Assembly: GCF_009914755.1 (NCBI RefSeq)
Contig: NC_060927.1
Direction: 5' to 3' (one strand)
DNA: 64,000 nt
From: the human T2T-CHM13v2.0 reference genome, Homo sapiens
The notes beneath the pieces are model-generated. The model saw nothing but the letters and a program-made list of their open reading frames with translations, was not told the DNA's origin and did not search any database. Of this stretch, positions 57,984 through 64,000 are shown piece after piece. The stretch's first letter is position 1, and every line of letters begins with the position of its first letter. Position numbers and translations under genes: made by a program.

Positions 57984-59029
57984 CCTGGGTTACATTCAGA
58001 ATCTTACAGGACACCACTGGAAGGCCCTGGTGTGATCAGCTTCCTGCGGTTTAGTCCATTAATGAGTGACACATTTTTCCTGTGGATTCTGTGTGTTGCT
58101 TCAAGGTTTCCCCATGGAGACAGAAATAAGATATTAGTCCTGTGGGGTTCGTCTGTTGAAACTCAGAGGCCATTTTTTCAGGTTCAGAGTGCTTCTCTAG
58201 CAGAAGGGAGCCACTCCATGCCTGTTTCTTCCCTCTGCCCTGTGGCTAAGTGTGTGTAGGAAAAAAATCACTGATACGAGGAGGTGTCTGAAGTCAGGAA
58301 CAACTCTTTGAAGCATGACACAAACCACCTAACGCAATAGTATGAACATATTGAAAAATTATGGGGTGCATATCATTTGTGCTGCAAAGTATACTATAGA
58401 TTTATTTTCTAAAATGCTCCCTTACTCTAGGAATGACAAGGATGAAGAATAGGTGTTACCACAGTAGGGCACAATGAAAGGCCACCCAAGTGAGAAAACA
58501 GATTTCATAGGTGACTCATAAACAAAGTACTACCTTCAGGAAAATAAAGAAGCCATCCATTACCCAAACAAAATGCGTAATAAGGACAAGTGCTTCATCA
58601 CCTCATGTTTGACGGCTAGAAGTCAGAACTTTCATAAGGGAAACACTGCAAAATCTCATTCTTTAGTCAGAATGGGCTGCTCCTGAATCAAAGAACTATT
58701 CTGTCATTGGAGAGATTTGACTTATTCCATACCCCCAGATTCTTAACTACTGCCACCATTAAGTGGTTTTAATTTTTAATAATTTTATTGCTTTTAAAAA
58801 AATCTGCACTAAGTTAATTATCCCTATTAACTTAAAATGGGGAAGGTTACTGGCCAGCTCATAAAAGATCTGCCCTGAAACCTTTTACCCAATGGAAAAT
58901 AATTATAGGAAACCATATTGCTATGTTATTAATACTCCAAGTGGGATAATTTCCTAACCCAGTACGGTACATCTAAGAAAATGTTCAACTTTTCATCATA
59001 GCTTGTAAGACTTTATTATTTCATTTATG

Positions 59030-59365
59030 GCATTTATTCATTTAAGGCTTATTTATTGCCTGTTTTCTATTTGCCAGGTACTGTTCTTGGTGTTGGCTCA
59101 GCAAAGACTCCACCCTCGAGGTGGTCACATTCTAATGAGGGAAGGCAGAAATTAAGTACTAACAACAAAGATAAATAAATGTGGAATATGTCAGGTGGTG
59201 ATAAATACTCTGGAAATGATAAAGCAGAGTAAGGTGAGGTAGAGAATTATGGGCAGAGATATTATTTTATACAGGATCATCAGGGCAGTTCTCATTGATT
59301 GAGGGCATTTATGAAAGTCCTGAGTGAAGTGAGGCAATGGCCATGTAAAGATCAGTTGGAAGAGT
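59030..59365 (-). mobile_element. L2 3' fragment
   Basis: 'tatttattgcctgttttctatttgccaggtactgttc...cacattctaatgagggaaggcaga...gtggtgataaatactctggaaatgataaagcag'. Confidence 0.75.
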
Positions 59366-61002
59366 GAGGAATTGGATTTACGTCTCATTTTACTCATAGT
59401 CCTGCAAAGTTGTATGTAAATTGAATTTTAAGCATATTATGAAAGCTTATTATAACTTTTTTGGTAGTGAATCTTTCTCTAAAATGAAGATACCATTGGC
59501 AAAATAAACAATTATGCCCTCAAAGTAATCTGCATTGTAAGTGCAAGTTTCTACACATTGAATTCACTTTAAGAAGGCTACACATGTTCAGGGTACGATG
59601 TTATCAATGAATAATGGATATGAAGAAGAGTTTTGAGTTAGTGAAAAGTCTTAGGTATAGATTTTTATTTTTAAAAAAGACTTACTATTTAAAAGTATGT
59701 CTAATTATAAACAAATTAACAGTGTTGCATAGTTGAGGCTCTTAGAATACCTCTTCGAATAACCAGAATGCTTTATGATTAACATATGCAAATCACATAA
59801 ATACATGCTTTCAAAATGTCTGAGAGTTCTTAAAAATGATTTCTGTAGTTAGGTTAGCATTATCTTCGTACTCTTATTTACCCTGAGGATATGCTGGAAA
59901 CACACATTTTTCAAAACTAGGATAGACATAACTCAGGTCTTGGACAGGCTATCATAATTTCTAAGTAAGAGGTGTTTAAATCTCTGAGATTGTGTACTGC
60001 TTCTCTAAGTTATCCTCCTTGGATTCACTGATTGTTGAAAAACCCTTTTAACAGAAAAGAGTGAGTTACAAAACTTGTCATCACCCCCATTAAAAAATAA
60101 CCTTTATGCATAAATTTTGACTATAACAAAAACTGCATGATCTGGTGGTGGCAATCCAAACCTCAGGGAATATGAGCTTTGATTGCCATTGCTATTTTAG
60201 AACATTAAGGTTGCTGTTAATTTGTAGAAAAATTTAACTGGTGTGAAGGTGAGCAACCAGTAGAAGAAACAAGGTTCCACATCTCCTTCACCTTCTTGCA
60301 ACCTTCCCCTTTACCCCTTTCAGTAGGTACAACAGATGATAATGAGGTCCAATCAGATTTATCATTTTAGCATTATGACCTGTTTCAGGATTGGAGATTT
60401 CTGGGGAGTGCTTTTGTGACACTCCCTTTCCCTCCTGCTCCCTCACAGAACACTCACTGAGTCATCCAGATTACTGCACTGTTGCTGTCCCATGCTCACC
60501 ACTTAGACATCTTTCTTAGGGTTACCTGATGTGCTGTTTTTGCATGTATTTTCTCTATTAAGTTAAATAACACAGCAGTTACTTTTAACATGTAAAAACA
60601 TTTGTCTCTTCATGGCAGCATGGTATTTTGTAAGCAAAACACTTTCATCTTTAATTTACAGGTGTGCCAGACTGAGCTCTTTGAAAAAAGTCCAAACTTG
60701 GTTTCTCTTTTCTAAAAAATTTGTTTTCTATTTTTTCCGTGTGGTTTCCTCTAAAGAAGTCTATTTGTTCATATCTGGGCCTTGAAATAGGGCTTGACAG
60801 TATTATAAAATCAATAAATTCTATTTAAAGCACCAAACACAATCCCAGTGGGTGAGATTGAGGGGCCAGCTTTCCTCCTGGTTCCAAACAATCTTCTTTC
60901 TGTCTCTCCTCTCTCCATCTCTCCACCCTCCCCCTTTTCAAGCTTTTACATGCTTATTTTTAAAGTGGGTTTTCTTCTTGCACTCTTGACTTCTATATCT
61001 GC

Positions 61003-61480
61003 TGTATTAGTTTTCTAGGGCTGCTATAACAAAGTATCACAAACTAGGTAGCTTAAAACAGTAGAAATTTATTATCTCGGTTCTGGAGGTTAGAAATCTG
61101 AAATCGAGGTGTCGTTAGGGCCATCTTCTCTCCAAAGTCTCTACAGAAAAATCCTTCCTTGCCTCTTCTGGCTTCTATTGTTTGCCAGCAATCCTTGGTT
61201 TCCTAGGGTTGTTGTACATCATTCCAGTCTCTGCTTTTGTCATCATGTGGCATTTTCCCTGTGTATCTGTTTCTCCATGGTGCTTTCTTTTACCCTCTCT
61301 GTATCTCTGTCCAAATTTTCTTCTTATAGGGACACCATTCATTGGATTAAGTCCCACTCGAATCCAGTATGACCTCATTTTAACCTGATTACATCTGCTA
61401 AGACCCTATTTCCATATAAACCCTCATTCTGAGGTTCCAGGTGGGTATGGCTTTTTGGGGACACTAATCATTCCTGTACA
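61003..61480 (-). mobile_element. MaLR solo LTR (MLT1C-like, 478 bp)
   Basis: tgtattagttttctagggctgctataacaaag...gaccctatttcc...cctgtaca; TSD tctgc (60998-61002) / cctgc (61481-61485). Confidence 0.85.
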
Positions 61481-63135
61481 CCTGCCCAGAGCTATTCTTA
61501 CTGAGGGCTTATAAGTGGTCTAATATCAGCAATTCTAGCCTAAGTCTTTTCTTTTGGGAAATATTTCAATTACATGTCATTTTTTTTTCTTTTTTGGGGT
61601 AAACTTTCAATCAAAATTTAACATAATACAGAACACATCCACAAATAAGTGAATGTATTTTTAGAGTGAGCAAAGCCACGTAACTACCACTCAGATCAAG
61701 AAATAGAACATCACCAACAACCCAGAAGCCTCCATATGTCCCCTCCCCAGTCATTGTCTCCTTTGACTAGTCTCTATTGTGACTTCAATCCCTGTTAAGT
61801 TTTGCTTGTTTTTTTAATGTGATACATATATACTCTTTTTTATCTGGCTTTTTTTTTGCTCAACTTTGAGTTTCATCCATACTACAGTGTGTAGCTGTAG
61901 TTTGTTCATTCTCTTGGGTGCCTAGTATTCCATTCTATGAATATGCTACAGATATTTTTCCATGCTATTGCTCGTGGACACCTAAATTATTTCCAGTTTT
62001 TTGCAATCACGAATAATACTTTGTGAATGTTTTTGTGCATATCTTTGGATGCACCTCTATATGTCTTTGTGTTTGCTACCTGCTTAGAAGTAGAATTGTT
62101 AGGCCATAGAGTATGTATTTATTTAGCATTAGCAGATACTCTGTTTTCCAAACTGATTGCACCAGTGTACACTTAGACCAGAAGTGTATGAGAGTTTCAG
62201 TTGCTCTGCATCTTTGCCAACATTTGGATTTTTTTTCATTTTAGCCTTTTTGGTGAATACATAATAAAATTTCATTGTAGTTTTCAGTTGCATTTTCCTG
62301 ATGATTGATGATCTTGAGCATATTTTACTATATTAACTTGCCATTCAGATGTTCTTTTGTGTAGTGCTTTTGAAAATTATTTTGCTCTTCATTTTATTAG
62401 ATTTCTATCTTTTTATTTGTAATTTATAACAGTATTTTAAGTATCCTGGCTATGAATTCTTGTCAGATATGTGGTTCAAATTTTTTCTACCAAGCTGTGG
62501 TTTCTTTTTTCTTTCTTCCTGGTGTTTTTTAATCATGTCAATTTATGTATCTTTTCATCTATAAGATGAAAAGGTGACAGCTTTTTATAACTTATTTAAG
62601 AAATCTTTGATTGCCCCAAGTTCATGAAGATATTCTCATGTTATCTTCTAGATGATTTATTTTTATTTTGCATTTAGGCTTATAATCTATTTGGAATTGA
62701 TTCATACGTCTGTGTGAAATAGAAGTCAAGGTTATTTTTCTTACATGAATATCTAATAGATCCAATGCCATTTATTGAAAAGATAGTACCTTCCCATTTT
62801 TATCGAAAATGAATTTTATATGTGCAGGTCAGTTCTTGGACTTTCTACTCTGTTTAACTTGGTACCAATACTATTTTGTTTTTGTTGCTATAGCTTTATA
62901 ATAAGTCTTGATATCTAGTAGTATAAGACCTCAGAGTTTGTTCTTCATTTTAAAGATTGTCTTAGCTATTCTTGGCTTTTTGTATTTCAATAAAAATTTT
63001 AAAATCAGCTTGCAAATTTCCAAAAATAGTACCTGTTAGGAATTTGGAATTATTGAATGTGCAGATTAATTTGAAGAGAACTGACATCTTTACAATATTT
63101 AGTATTCTAATCAATGAAAATGATATATTCTATTT

Positions 63136-63318
63136 CAATGATGGCAAACTTAGTAGAGTCAGACTGTAAATATTTTAGAATTTGAGGATTATATACAGTT
63201 GCTGTCGCATATTCTTATTCTTTCTTTTTGTTTTATAGCCCTTTAAAAATGTAAAAACCGTTTTTAGCTCACAGGCAGGAAAAAAAACAGGCTGTAGGCT
63301 GCAGTTTGCCAATCCCTG
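63136..63318 (+). mobile_element. hAT-Charlie MITE (MER58C-like)
   Basis: 'ggcaaactt...gtaaatattttag...ccctttaaaaatgtaaaaacc...ttagctc...gcagtttgccaatccctg'; roughly 8-bp TSD ttctattt / ctttattt. Confidence 0.75.
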
Positions 63319-63499
63319 CTTTATTTATTTAGTTTTTATTTACTATATCTAATAATGTTTTATAGTTTTCTGGGGAGAGTTTTTGCATTTAAAATACTAC
63401 AGTTAAGTAGGAAGTCAATTATATTATTTTTAAAGATACCTTTTACCAGATTAAACAAGAGCCCTTCTATTTCTACTTTGCTAAGAGTTTTTACATAAG

Positions 63500-63875
63500 C
63501 ACCATGGAATACTATGCAACCATAAAGAGGAATGAGATCATGTCCTTTGCTGGGACATGGAGGAGCTAGAAACCATTATCCTGAGCAAACTAACACAGGA
63601 ACTTATAAGTGGGATGCTGTTCTCACTTATAAGTGGGAGCTGAACAACACACACTGGGGCGTGTGTGTGTGTGTGTGCGCGCGTGCATGCGTGTGGGCTG
63701 GGGAGGGGTCTGGGGAGAAGGAGAACATTAGGATAAACAGGTAATGCATGTGGGCCTTAATACCTGGGTGATGGGTTGATAGGTGCAGCAAACCACAGTG
63801 GCACACATTTACCTATGTAACAAACCTGTGCGTCTTGCACATGTACCCTGGAACTTAAAATAACATTAAATTTTT
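63500..63875 (+). mobile_element. 5'-truncated L1 3' end (older L1PA-type)
   Basis: 'caccatggaatactatgcaaccataaagaggaatgagatcatgtcctttgc...gcagcaaaccacagtggcacacatttacctatgtaacaaacctg...gaacttaaaataa'. Confidence 0.9.
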
Positions 63876-64000
63876 TAAAAAAGTTTTTTAAATTATTAAT
63901 GACTGTTAACATTTATCAAATGCTTCTTCTGAATCAATTAAGATGATCATGATTTTTTTCTCTTACTAGTTAATGTGGTTAATTATAATTTTCAAATGTT

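Larger units (their letters stand above)
61600..64000 (-). mobile_element. Old L1 (L1M-type) 3' UTR and ORF2 3' region, with nested insertions; continues past the window
   Basis: 'taactaccactcagatcaagaaatagaacatcacc', 'ccagaagtgtatgagagtttcagttgctc', 'gagaactgacatctttacaatatt', 'ttatcaaatgcttcttctg'. Confidence 0.85.

Noticed and set aside
63601-63640. acttataagtggga repeated within the L1 3' end
   Set aside because: Small local templated replacement in a dead L1; no functional implication.

Overview
Primate (human-like) non-coding genomic DNA, intronic or intergenic, AT-rich and dominated by transposable-element relics. I see no host protein-coding exon, RNA gene or CpG-island promoter that I can support; the ORF-track hits I can explain are Alu, L1, LTR or simple-repeat translations. 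Main content: 11 Alus (9 near full length, one 5'-truncated, one fragment); a Tigger3b with a nested Alu; a complete two-LTR MST (MaLR) element with a 5-bp TSD; an ancient ERVL pro/pol relic with a nested THE1 LTR; a rearranged L1PB/L1PA composite (27.3-31.2 kb); and a 6.25-kb minus-strand MER66-type ERV1 provirus with a decayed EnvV-like env and an LTR18A inserted in it. The most unusual structures are: (1) the provirus ends in two inverted U5 termini because its 5' LTR folds back; (2) two inverted, locally templated insertions around one L1 (TA)n tract; (3) a 195-bp, about 94% identical, ungapped duplicate pair 2.2 kb apart that I cannot match to a known repeat, with splice-acceptor-like and stem-forming features. 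Repeat family names come from recalled consensus sequences, not a search. I found no clear new biological system; the findings are candidates for testing.
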